64,000 bases of DNA from Octopus vulgaris (Eukaryota), in contig OX597819.1 in the NCBI GenBank assembly GCA_951406725.2, forward strand, positions 51,522,001-51,586,000, written 5' to 3'. This document shows positions 1 through 12,600 of the stretch, piece by piece (position 1 is the first letter of the stretch; each line of letters begins with the position of its first letter). The notes below the pieces were generated by a model that did no database searches, was not told where the DNA came from, and saw only the letters and a list, made by a program, of their open reading frames with translations. The translations under genes were made by a program, and so were the position numbers.

Positions 1-175
1 CTTTGCAGTATTTCATCCATTTTTACGTCCTGAATTCAAATTCCGCCCAGCGTCCGACTTTACCTGTCATCTTATCGAGATCGATAAATTAAGTACCATT
101 GAAACTCTGAAGTCGATGTAATCGACAAGTCTTCTCCTGTCAAATTTCAGGCCTTGTGCCTATAGCAGAAAGGAG
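1..175 (+). mobile_element. tRNA-derived SINE family A, degenerate and partial
   Basis: TCAAATTCCGCC...GACTTTACCTGTCATC...GATCGATAAATTAAGTACC matches the body of the full copies at 8613 and 32268. Confidence 0.7.
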
Positions 176-187
176 TGTTGTTGTTGG

Positions 188-220
<33 letters not shown>

Positions 221-222
221 CA

Positions 223-253
<31 letters not shown>

Positions 254-270
254 GCTGCTGTTGTTGTTGC

Positions 271-307
<37 letters not shown>

Positions 308-365
308 GCTGTTGATGATGATGATGACAAGGAGGGAGAGGGAGGAGAAGAAGAGGAGGAGGAGG
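176..365. repeat. compound trinucleotide microsatellite (ATT)n(GTT)n(GAT)n(GAG)n
   Basis: Read directly; explains ORFs 156..425 and 220..432. Confidence 0.95.
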
Positions 366-632
366 GCCAGGTGTTCCGAGCGGAGATCAATATCTCAAAG
401 AAACGCCCGAGACCGAAATGATTAAGCAGCAATCACTTTTGATTTTTATCATACCACGCAAATATAAAAGAGACGATATGCCGTCAGCAACAGTGAGGTG
501 ACCTTAGTAAATATGACACCAGACGTGATTTTAAAAAGTGACAGGATAATGATACGTCCCGCAAATGGCTGCTAATAATGGCTATTTCAGTTTTACCATA
601 AATTTGCGTTTGCGTGTGTATTCGTATGTGCG

Positions 633-701
<69 letters not shown>

Positions 702-963
702 TGTTTGGGGGAGTGTATCATTTCATGCGTTTAGTGTGTTAGATCGTCATTCGGCGAATTGAAGTTGTTTGACAGTAGGTGTCCACGTCAGTGTGCATTT
801 CTGACTCCATTCAGATGTATTTGTTTGTACGTCTGTTTTTGTGGGAGATCGTGTAACTAATTTAATTTTGTATGTGGTTCAGGAATTATGTCTTTTTGTT
901 TTTTACTCCGATAGCTAAAACATATACACATTCATTTATACATATATGCACATATACAAACAT

Positions 964-1004
<41 letters not shown>

Positions 1005-1189
1005 CATACACACATACACACACAGAAACACACACACTCATATATATATTCATACATCTTATATATAGGCATACTCACAAATATAAGAATACATATATTT
1101 GTGTGTGTGTGTGTGTATGTATGTGTGTACACAATCAGATATTTATGTAGAGATATATATGTATATAATTTTTCTTTTCTTTGTTATGC

Positions 1190-1440
1190 GTTTCAGCCCA
1201 AAAGCTTTGGTACTGCCTGTTGCATCAAATGGCATTCTCATGTGGTGATCTTTTGATGAATGAAGGAATCTGGTATTTCTATATCGTGTGAGATTCTTGG
1301 TTCATCAGGGATTTGGAATATAGGTTCATCACTCTAGGGAGTAGAGTTGTAATTCTTTCAGTCGTTCCAGTAACTGTGGTGTTTCATCAATGCAATCTTC
1401 CTGGGGTAGTAACATTTATTGCATCAAGTTCTACCATTAA
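1190..1440 (-). mobile_element. degenerate 3' fragment of a CR1-type LINE
   Basis: Minus strand gives LMVELDAI..., YWERLKELQLYSLE-like and IPDEP peptides, homologous to the LINE C-terminus at 49405-49947 (ELEAIQ...YWERLKRLKLYS...VPDEP). Confidence 0.65.
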
Positions 1441-1774
1441 ATACCCCACAATTAAATTGATATATGTACTCCCACCCTCAGCCTAACCCATACCCCACCC
1501 TTGCTTTACCCACTCTCGCCACCCCCACCTCCCAACACCATCACACCACTACACCATACACCACCATACCACACAACACATCACAACACACCACCACACA
1601 CACGTCAAGGCCACTTCTCAGACCCATCTTTTCACACCTACACATACACACACGCATACGTCAAGATCACCAGTCCTCTTCCACATGCGCATACAAACTC
1701 TGTTATACACACGCACGCGCACCTTCATTTTGGGATCATGACTACTTTATTATCTCCCCTTCTTCCTAACTCTC

Positions 1775-1977
1775 CTGTGTGACCCTTCTGTCCGGCATTC
1801 GCCATGATAGATCGCTAGCCACTACACATTCTTTATTTTCTCTCCTTTCTTTCTGTGTTCCTTTCTCGAAATGTTAAAGACTTTTTCAGTTTCCGAGCGT
1901 TATACTAACACATCTGTTTGTTGTCTACACCACCTGTCTTCGTCTTTTGTTGTTTTTTTTGTTTTTTTGTGAATTCT

Positions 1978-2020
<43 letters not shown>

Positions 2021-2175
2021 TTTTATTTTTCATTTCTTTCTGTTTACTTTCTCTTATTCCTCTTTGTTGAAGAGCGTAGGTTTGAAACGTAAAAGACGTT
2101 TTCATTTCTTCGAGCATCAAACTATTGCTTGTTGTTCATATACCTGTCTTCGTCTTTTGATTTTCTATAAATTTC

Positions 2176-2180
<5 letters not shown>
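1775..2180 (+). repeat. two related short non-coding repeat copies, pLTR-like, each ending in (TA)n
   Basis: Both share ...GAAA(T/C)GT(T/A)AAAGAC...ACCTGTCTTCGTCTTTTG. The second carries a decayed HHR-like GAGC-GTAG-GTTT-GAAA-CGT-A at 2061-2096. Confidence 0.5.
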
Positions 2181-2258
<78 letters not shown>

Positions 2259-2735
2259 TGTATGTATGTATGTATGTATGCATTTATGTATATGTGTATA
2301 TAGCAATTAAATACGTTTTTATTATTTTTTGCAATTTACTTAATCATTGATATTTTATTGTTATATTAATTTTAATGTTTCTATTATATGTAATTTTCTA
2401 GATGGTGTAATTTAATTGTTCATTTTGAATTGATAAAAGGTGATTTTTTTCTAATTTATATATATATATATTATATTGTGTGAAATTTGATTTACTATTT
2501 CTAAATTGAATTTTTTTCCCTGTAAGTTTGGATTTATATTCCCTCAAATAATTGTTATATATGTGTGTATATATATGTATATTGATATATATTTACATAC
2601 ATATATACATATATATATATACATATATATGCATATATATATATACGCATACATATGTATATATACACACACACACATACACACATATATATATATATAT
2701 ATAAATATACATATATATATACATATATATCTATA

Positions 2736-2791
<56 letters not shown>

Positions 2792-2819
2792 TAACATTAT
2801 ACATATATATGTATGTTAA

Positions 2820-3640
2820 ATTTTACATTGAAATGTTTGACAGTAACTTCGAAGTTTCGGCTTACTAGCTGACATCAAACTCTAGGCTACGTTGGGCTTT
2901 CAGTATTTTGACTGGGTGTTCCTTTGATGAGTAGCGTAATGTAAATCAAAATCGAGTTTGATGTATGCAACCAGAATTAGTTATGTAGGAAATGGGAGAT
3001 GAAGAATAACAAGAAAAAATCTATATTTATAGGTTGTGGGTAACGAAAAAGAGATTTCTTTTTTCTTTTGTGGTGAAGATAGTTATTCTGGTATGATAAG
3101 GGAAGTTTGTTACTGTTTGGATTTAGGTGGACATATATGTAAAGAATGTTTATGTAGCAGATGTGTCGTTATTTGTACTGACTGAAGTTTTTCTTATGAT
3201 GTTTTGTCTGGGGAAGAGTCATTCTGATTTAATGCCTTCTTATGAGTAAACCAAATCCTTTGTATACATAATGGTACAGAGCTATTTTAGGCTTCACAAA
3301 AAATGTTTATTGAAAAGTACCAGTTCAAGTTTTCATAGAGCATATGCCAGATAGAGAGGCACCGCTTTTTGTGCTAATCAGTTCCTTCAGCATAAGTTGC
3401 ATTCGACGAATGTTTACAGATATCGCGATTTAAATTATATATTCGTAATTGCTGAACACTCAAGTGTTAAGGTTTCTTCTGCTAAATATTCTTCCTTTGA
3501 AATTTGTATTTCGAATACTTTTACGGCATCAGTTGTCTTTTTATGCACCAGCCCCGTCTATGTAAACGCATCTGATTCCTGCGAATATTACTGACTCATT
3601 CTGTTGATGAAGCGTACAAACGTGTGATACTTTACACGCG
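2820..3640 (-). mobile_element. highly decayed PLE 3' end (GIY-YIG C-terminus plus 3' UTR with an HHR remnant)
   Basis: Minus strand TGC AAC TTA TGC (CNLC, as in CNLCLxEK of PLE endonucleases) near 3390; HHR-like fold at 2840-2883. Confidence 0.45.
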
Positions 3641-3737
3641 TGCATATCGCAGTAGCATAACCGTATCCAGAGAAGATCTATAGGTTACATTTAAACTGTA
3701 TGGTTTAATGTGTTTCCGGATCATTTCGCTTATATTA

Positions 3738-3782
<45 letters not shown>

Positions 3783-3989
3783 ACAAACACACATATGAAC
3801 TTATATGTATATACCCACATACAAACACATACATACAAGTTCTAACTTCCTTACAGTATATCCAACTTACGTTAGATATGCATATTGCTATATACGTATT
3901 TGTATAATTTGTAATACAAGCGTGTATGTGTGTGGTGGGGTAAGTCTCTGTGTCAGTGTGTGATTACATGTATATGTTTGCATGTGTCT

Positions 3990-4037
<48 letters not shown>

Positions 4038-4070
4038 ACAGAGTGAGAGAGAGAGAGAGATGGATAGATT

Positions 4071-4140
<70 letters not shown>

Positions 4141-4413
4141 CATACTCACACATACATGCATATATACATACATGCGCAAATGTATGTATACATACATGCA
4201 TGCATGCATACATACATACATACATGCATACATACATGCATACATACATATATGCATACACATACAAAAATGCCCAGTTGATGGAGAATATCCACTGAAG
4301 TAGTCTTGGATTTAGGATAGAAACCAGCTTTTTTCTCAATTGGCAAAAAATCTTGAAATAAAACCGAATAATTAAATACATACATGTGTATATATATGCG
4401 CACGTACATACAT

Positions 4414-4478
<65 letters not shown>

Positions 4479-5004
4479 TATACATACACACAATATACAC
4501 ACACGTTTATACACGTTTATTCACAAATACATGGGTGGGCGCTTGTAGCGGTTCCGTTTGGTGTACGAGTTTGAGTGAGTGTAAAGTATAGATATCATCT
4601 CAATTTCATGGATGAATACATAACACTAACGGACACATTTAACTTGAAAAAGGAGGTTCCAGAATTCAACGAAATCTCAAATACCACACAACATATAAAT
4701 TTGATATATAATTGATATATACACACAGACAGACTCATACATACATACATAAACCTAAGGAGTCACTCACATACGTACACATGAACAGGCACGCACAAAA
4801 GAGATATAATATATCATTATATTTTTTTTTTCAAAAATTGCTGTGAAATTCAACTTAAGTTGTCATTTCCCTCTGGGAGAGATCTTGAGCAGAATGGCTA
4901 TGAATTTGTTTTGTATTTGCCAAATATATACATATAGAAACTCACATATATTTTATAATGGGCGTGTAATAGTAATAATAATAATAACAACAAAAACAAC
5001 AACA

Positions 5005-5148
<144 letters not shown>

Positions 5149-5336
5149 TAGATTATTATCATTATTATTATATGTGTATGAGTTTGTGAGTCAGTGTATG
5201 TGTGTATGCATATCACACACACACACACACGCACTCACATATACATACAAACATACACATGCATATGCGTTTATGTATACATGTATTATGCCTACATGTG
5301 TGCGTGTATATATATACATGTATATGTGCGTATATG

Positions 5337-5392
<56 letters not shown>

Positions 5393-5611
5393 TACAAACA
5401 AATATATTTATACTTATATATACATATGGGTATAGAAATTAAGTACCAGTTGTGCACTGGGGTCGATCTAATCGGTTGGCCACCCCTCCAAAAAGGCCTT
5501 GTACCTAGAGTACAAAATAATATTTTGGTTATTGTAAAAGTAAAGAAATCTTGCAAATATAAAGAAAAAATGTCTTCGTAGAAATTTCTTGGAAATTTCA
5601 GGCTTAGAGCG

Positions 5612-5674
<63 letters not shown>

Positions 5675-5698
5675 CGTGCGTGTGTGTATGTGTGTGTG

Positions 5699-5821
<123 letters not shown>

Positions 5822-5822
5822 G

Positions 5823-5866
<44 letters not shown>

Positions 5867-5889
5867 TAGATAGATAGATAGATAGATAT

Positions 5890-7207
5890 GTTTCTTTATT
5901 AGCCACACAGGGCTGCACACAGATAGAACAAATTACAAGGTAGAGCTTTTCTTTTGAAGGTTTAAAAAAAAAAAAAAAAAAGGAAGGGGAGTTTCGATCA
6001 AAAGGGATCGTAAAAGGAGAGAAAGAGGACAAAAAAAGGGGGTTAAAAAAAAGGGGGAGAGGAAAAAAAAATTGATCAATAGGGATTGTTATCACAGAAA
6101 TGTCAATATGAAGTGTAAAGGGGAGGACAGGTGAGGTTTACCCGTGGAAAGAAAAGCCTACGGAAAAGACCACGGTAACCTCGGTCAATGGAGTCACATG
6201 TTATATTTCTTTTTTTTTTTTTTTGCGAATAAGCAACTCTCTGTTTTCAATTTCTGGGTTCATAGGATCATGCTCAAGGTGGCTTCGTCATTCATACGTG
6301 CCATTCTTGCTACATTCACCCATCTTTTTTAAAACATTCGCTAGACAAAACTTGCCTCTCTACTCTCACTTTCCTTTTCAAGTGGTACTTGAAGAAGTTG
6401 ATGAGAGATTGACCAGAGAGGAAAGTGTTTGTCTCCAATCCTTTCAGACGCGTCCACCAGATACATTCTTTCGCCATAGCCACAAGGATGGTGAAAATAG
6501 CGCTTCCTTCCCGTTTGAAGGAGGGAGGCGTGACAATATTGACGATAGACTCAGCTGATAAACCGACTCGTCCCACACGTGACAGCAGTTGTTCGACATA
6601 AGCCCACAGGTCGGAAATTGCTGGACACTGCACGAGTGCATGCAGAACGGTTTCGTCGCTCTGACCGCATCTCGGGCAGGTCGGCCCCGTGTTTCTCGAG
6701 CCGTGTCTGTAGAGCTTATCCCGAACGGGTAGCGCTTCTCGGTAGCACTGCCAGGCCAGGGATCTCTGGAAGTTGTCCATGGGCCCTGGCCCGAAAGTCG
6801 TCCTGAACAGGTGGGTCAGGTACTCCTCGTCGACGTCCAGGTTCGCCCCGAGCTCGTCGTCGTACCTCCCCACCACTAAACCCCTATAGAATGCTTTGGT
6901 TGTGTTGAAGTCACTCAAGGCCGACCCAGGACGGCAGAGTTGCTTGTGAGCAACGCGACACTCGCGGTGCCATTCACCCTTCTTCGGCCTCTTTTTGATC
7001 CACGACTGCAGTTCGGTCATGGAGACGAGCTGCGGGAAAGCGTGCCTCACAAACGGCGACCACACCTGTTCACCGTCGTCTACATAGAGCCAGAGATGTC
7101 GCAGTCTCAGCGCGTGTCTGCGCATCATCAACCACGGCATGCCCAGCCCTCCTTTTAACGGGTGTTGACAGCAAATGGATCGCCTGACCATCGGGACGCA
7201 TCCTTTC
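5890..7207 (-). mobile_element. 5'-truncated Tx1/L1-clade LINE (ORF2 C-terminus plus 3' UTR)
   Basis: ORF 6316..7191 has KGGLG-P, W...EALPVRDKL and the zinc knuckle CPRCGQSDETVLHALVQC, then IWWTR. The T-rich 3' UTR ends CCCTGTGTGGCTAATAAAGAAAC followed by (ATCT)n. Confidence 0.88.
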
Positions 7208-7275
<68 letters not shown>

Positions 7276-7545
7276 GTTTCTTTATTAGCCACACAGGACA
7301 GAACACAGAGGGGAGAAATTACAAAGTAGAGCTTTTCTTTTTGGGGAGAAAAAAAGATGGGGGCAGGTTTTCGATGAAAAGGGATCGTACAAAAAAAAAT
7401 CTATAGGGATCGTGTATCACAGAAATGTCATGATGTAAAGTGGAAAGGGGGGAAAAGATAATGTTTATCAGTGGAAAGAAAAGCCTACGGAAAAGACCAC
7501 GGTAACCTCGGCCAATAATGTCACATGTTAACACATTTATTTGCA
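7276..7545 (-). mobile_element. 3' UTR-only copy of the same Tx1-type LINE
   Basis: Same terminus (GTTTCTTTATTAGCCACACAGG) and internal GAAAGAAAAGCCTACGGAAAAGACCACGGTAACCTCGG as 5890-6200. Confidence 0.85.
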
Positions 7546-7676
7546 AGACACATATATACACATACGTGCGCGCACACAACATATATGTATGTATGTACAA
7601 GTATCTATTTAGTACCAAATTAACTCAGTCCCACTTAATGTAAAACTTATTTATAGACAAAAACGATTATCTACAT

Positions 7677-8214
7677 CAGTGATTCTGAACTGGGTTCCAA
7701 ACGGCCTCTAAGGCTCCATATAAGATTTTCGGGGGTCCATGCAACAAATTGGGGAGCCACAAAAGTATTTTAAGGGTCCCTAAAAATATTTTTCTCTAGA
7801 TATATGTATTGGTATGTACTCCAAGAAAGAGTGTCGTATTTTTCTTTAACATTTTACATAGCTCAACCTACACGAGTTAATGTGTAAAAAACAAAATAGG
7901 AATTTTGAAAGAAGTTTCTTATTTCTTTATTGCCCACAAGGGGCTAAACATAGAGGAAACAAACAAGGATGACAAAGGAATTAAGTCGATTACATCGATT
8001 CCAGTGCGTAACTGGTACTTAATTTATCGACCCCGAAAGGATGAAAGGCAAAGTCGACCTCAGCGGAATACCGCTAAGCATTTCGCCTGGCGTTTCTGCC
8101 ACTTCGCCGCCTTTTAAAAGGTGGCGAGCTGGCAGAAGTTTCTATAAAACTAGTTTTTAATCCCTGAATAGTAATCAAAAGGGTCAGAAGATAAGAAATG
8201 GTTGAGAACCCTTG
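7677..8214 (+). mobile_element. hAT (Charlie-like) MITE with a nested SINE
   Basis: TIRs CAGTGATTCTGAAC / GTTGAGAACCCTTG; perfect 8-bp TSD ATCTACAT (7669-7676, 8215-8222); homologous to 62697-63537. Confidence 0.85.
7920..8133 (-). mobile_element. SINE family A nested in the hAT MITE, with an inverted 5' head fragment
   Basis: Reverse complement of the 8613 copy with internal deletions; flanked by AGAAGTTTCT at 7910-7919 and 8134-8143. Confidence 0.85.
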
Positions 8215-8612
8215 ATCTACATTGTGAGATACATATGTGAGTGTCATGAAAACTCAAAGAGGACTTGTAAGTGAGAATATCTAGTGACCTCTATTGGTTA
8301 GTTCAGGACACTTTATTAAATTCCTAAAATAGCTACAAGAAATATTCATATTTAAGTTCCCATATGGCGGAGGAGATAGTCTAGAGTCAACAGATGGTAG
8401 GCAACCTGTAGGATATGACAGTTATTACAAGTGGTGAGGTAACCGATCTGATGGTGTCAGTTACATAACAATTTGTGTGTCATGCATAGCTGTACGTGGT
8501 GTGTTTGCTATTCAATAATATTATACTTCTATGGTGGTATGTAGAATAGAAATAATTTCACTATGGTGGATTGCTCACCCTGAAATTATGCATGAACTGT
8601 ATTCGCTTAAGA

Positions 8613-8844
8613 GGCGGCGAGCTGGCAGAAACGTTAGCACGCCGGGCGAAATACGTAGCGGTATTTCGTCTGCCGTTACGTTCTGAGTTCAAATTCCGCC
8701 GAGGTCGACTTTGCCTTTCATCCTTTCGGGGTCGATAAATTAAGTACTAGTTACGCACTGGGTCGATATAATCGACTTAATCCGGTTGTCTGTCCTTGTT
8801 TGTCCTCTCTGTGTTTAGCCCCTTGTGGGTAGTAAAAAAATATA
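8613..8844 (+). mobile_element. full-length tRNA-derived SINE family A
   Basis: Head GGCGGCGAGCTGGCAGAA, B box GAGTTCAAATTCC, body GTCGACTTTGCCTTTCATCCTTTCGGGGTCGATAAA; 13-bp TSD TATTCGCTTAAGA (8600-8612, 8845-8857). Confidence 0.92.
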
Positions 8845-9532
8845 TATTCGCTTAAGATTGTCTTTCCAGAGTATCAGCATCCATTGGTTTGATGGTTATA
8901 AACTAAACTTATCTCTCGTTACAAAAACTCAATAGACCATTTTCCCTGTTGATGGTACACTGCAGCCCGAGGTTATCATATGCAGTTTTTCATTGCATCA
9001 CTATTGCTAACTGCAGCTCGGTACATACTTACATCAAAAAGATACCTACTTGGTTTGAAGGAAAAATACAGTATACTGATATAAAAGTTTAAGACACTGG
9101 GCAAGAAATTAAAACCCGTGCCCAGTGCATTCCTTTGTAAAACATCTGGGGATTTTAAAATAAGGCAATACTATATTAGCCAGATCAATATAGTACGTTG
9201 AATATCATATAGATATATCTGTGAAGATGACCATCCACACAAATCAATTGATATGACAGTGGCAGCCTCTTTCTTGCAGTAGTTTCTACATGCGTTGAAC
9301 AGCTATGGCTTACATGTCTATGCACTGCCGCACCAGCAGATTGGTATGTCATTTTATGTCATTCTATGATTTGCTTTACTTAATACACTTGAGGATTCCA
9401 CTCGATGCACTTGCAGCATGGCTCTGCTCTAAAGTGCAGCACTTTAGGAAAATGCCTTATACTATGGCACCGGGTCGACCAGTGCCTTATGAGTCAAATA
9501 AATAAACGTAAACTTTCTAGAAGCCCGTCGTA

Positions 9533-9641
<109 letters not shown>

Positions 9642-10151
9642 ACACACACGCGCACGAGACCACGTTCTAATGACTAAAACAAGTAAAAGAAGGCAAACGA
9701 ACCCAAAATAAGTCGATTCTTCTAATGACAGTGTGATCACCACAGAAAATTTGATATCAAAGAGACGATAAAAATAAAAGTAGAAGCCGTGCACGATTTG
9801 AACCGTGATTCTAAGGACAACCAGATACAGTAAAGTAATATGGAGAGGATGTATGCCTTGTGTGTTATTTCTTTCACTAGCATTAAACGATACGCACTCA
9901 CATAAAATACAAGTCGAAATAATGAAAAGACAACCAATGAAACCGCATTGGTGTATGTATGTATGTATGTATGTATGTATGTATGTATTATGTGTGTATG
10001 TGTATGTATGTACACATTATGTGTGTGTATGCATGTTTGTATGTATGTACGTATATGTTTGTATACATATATATCTGTGTATATGTGTGTGTGCTTGTAT
10101 GCATACCTGTATGTATGTATATATGCACTTGCGTGTGTATGATTGTGTACG

Positions 10152-10182
<31 letters not shown>

Positions 10183-10839
10183 ATATGTGAATGTAGGTTT
10201 CTATGTGTGAATGTATGTATGAATGTATATATGTATATATTATGCGTATGTATGTATCCTTGCGTGCGCAAGCAGGTAAATTTCTGAGCGTATGCATTTG
10301 CATATAGTTGCAAATATTTATGTATAGTTTTCAGTGTATGAGGGTCCATGCGTGCGCATGCGGTTATGAAGGAAAGAGAGAGAGGGAGAGAGAGAGAGAG
10401 GAGAGAGAGAGGGAGAGAGAGAGAGAGAGAGAGTTCAATAGATATGGTCGATAATGTATTGTAACATCAATAAAGACGAATGGAAAAAATATTTAAAGAA
10501 TATGAATGCATTAGAAACATTGTAGATAGAATTACACACTTGTATATAATGTGTGATGCAGCGCTTGTGAGAGGCGGGCGGGCACTGAGTACGTTGTACC
10601 TGGACCTGGGTATTCCCTGAGGTCGCAGAAATCGTATATACTCGCAAAAAGGGAGAGGATCCCAAAAGAAACTTTGTAACCCTTGATGAAATTCTTCTCG
10701 TGTATACTGATGTGTTTTATGTAATCATGCATAAATCTGTTATGTATATTTGTATTCGTGTGATTTTCGTGGTTCCTGGCCCCCACAAAGTGAATATGCA
10801 TGTGTGAATATGTGTGTGTATGTATATATATGAAAGTAT

Positions 10840-11355
10840 ATAAACTTAGATAAACTTAGATATGTTTCAACCAAAGATTCGTCCAGGTCATGTCTAACTT
10901 AATAGCACCACCTGATAAACAATAAACGTCGCCCTTTTCAAGCCTAGCCAGGCTCATGGGCCCGGTTTCCCGGTTTCTGTGGCGTATGTGTTTCCCCCAG
11001 CTGGACGGGACGCCAGTCCATCGCAGCGTTAATCACGGAACAGGAAGAGAGAGTGAGAGAAAGTTGTGGCGAAAGAGTACAACGGGGGTTGCCACCACCC
11101 CCTGCCGGAGCCTCGTGGAGCTTTTAGATGTTTTCGCTCAATAAACACACACAACGCCCGGTCTGGGAATCGAAACCGCGATCCTACAACTGCGAGTCCA
11201 CTAGGCCATTGCACCTCCACGCACCACCTGATAGGACATCTAAATCCTTTTTAAGTCAAGTTTTGTTTATGGTGCATTCAAGTAGTGAGTTGTATCCAGG
11301 CATAGATGGCTTGTCTGGTATTCCTTGAAGAAATTTGGCCAGACTCCGTTTAGAG
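10840..11355 (-). mobile_element. 3' end of a second CR1-type LINE family, interrupted by a SINE
   Basis: Minus strand KRSLAKFLQGIPDKPSMPGYNSLLE, compare KMELDLFLSGVPDEP at about 49820. Tail has a TATCTAAGTT duplication. Confidence 0.65.
10918..11220 (-). mobile_element. SINE with head C and a V-domain-like tail
   Basis: A box TGGCCTAGTGG, B box GGTTTCGATTCC; tail CTGCGATGGACTGGCGTCCCGTCCAG...GAAACCGGG; 13-bp TSD GCACCACCTGATA (10905-10917, 11221-11233). Confidence 0.9.
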
Positions 11356-11934
11356 GTGTGTGGTTTCCGCTTCATCGGGGAATTACCTCCCTTTGCAGGT
11401 TAAGGGCACCGTGACGGTGTCGAGCCTTTCTGGTGACATCGATGTTCGCCTGGGGCTAAATGCAACAGTAACACCCCCACCACCCTGCCCTGTCCCTAGC
11501 CATATTCAGATGGCTTTAGTCCCTTATGTTATCGAGCAGTTACTGTCTATATCCCTTTTAGAGAATTATTATTGCTTTCGAACAGATTTTCGAAATCAGC
11601 AAATGTATTTTGCTTGAAAATCTATATAAGAAAATCCTGCAGAGTGAGAATTCGTCGAGGAAGCGGAGGCCTACCACACGCCGATGATAGGCAATACACC
11701 TTGAAACCATGGTCCGTGTGTGGTTTCCGCTTCATCGGGGAATTACCTCCCTTTGCAGGTTAAGGGCACCGTGACGGTGTCGAGCCTTTCTGGTGACGTC
11801 GATGTTCGCCTGGGGCTAAATGCAACAGTAACACCCCCACCACCCTGCCCTGTCCCTAGCCATATTCAGATGGCTTTAGTCCCTTATGTTATCGAGCAGT
11901 TACTGTCTATATCCCTTTTAGAGAATTATTATTG

Positions 11935-11936
<2 letters not shown>
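11356..11936 (+). mobile_element. retrozyme-like non-coding element: 1.6 copies of a 360-bp monomer with an HHR at the monomer junction
   Basis: 221-bp direct repeats 11356-11576 and 11716-11936 with 1 mismatch; HHR core at 11675-11720; ends in (TA)n. Confidence 0.8.
11649..11744 (+). ncRNA. type I hammerhead ribozyme (U4C core, palindromic helix III, long helix I)
   Basis: CACACG-CCGATGA-tAGG(caataca)CCTt-GAAA-CCATGG-TC^CGTGTG. Helix I is extended by GAAGCGGAGGCC/GGTTTCCGCTTC and AATTC/GAATT. Confidence 0.8.
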
Positions 11937-11969
<33 letters not shown>

Positions 11970-12159
11970 CATATATATAGACATATATATATGTGTGTGT
12001 GTATATATATATATATTCATTTATATGTATATGTGTGTGTGTATATGTATATGTATATATATACATACATATATATATGCATATAAATATATTCATACAC
12101 ATATATACATGTATATACATACACATACATACAAATATATATATACATACACACCCACA

Positions 12160-12210
<51 letters not shown>

Positions 12211-12600
12211 ATTTATATTTTTGTGTTGAATCTTATTTTATTTTAGTTATTATTGTTATTTTTGTAGTTCTTGTTGATGACATTTGTACTTATTATCATT
12301 CGTTAGCAGGGTATTTAATAGTCGTCAAATGTTACTTTGTAAGTTGATACAACACTATCTGCATGCTTCGCTGCCTGTTGGTCTCCAAAGGGACGGTCCT
12401 TCTTAGAAATTCTATACCCCAAGAGGCCTTCATCTTAGATGTTTTACTGGGTTGTCTCGAATTCAGGAGTGGAGCAAGTGCTTCTTTTATGTTTTTGTTT
12501 TGTTAACTCCTCCCCTTTATTTTTTTTTTTTATTCTACTTTGTATATTTATTCCTTTAATTAATTGTTTATTTACATTCTTTCCATCTGTGTTAATAAAG

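Noticed and set aside
11360-11980. Duplicated 85-aa ORF MVSASSGNYLPLQ...
   Set aside because: It starts at GTG, has no recognisable domain, and is a by-product of the direct repeat.
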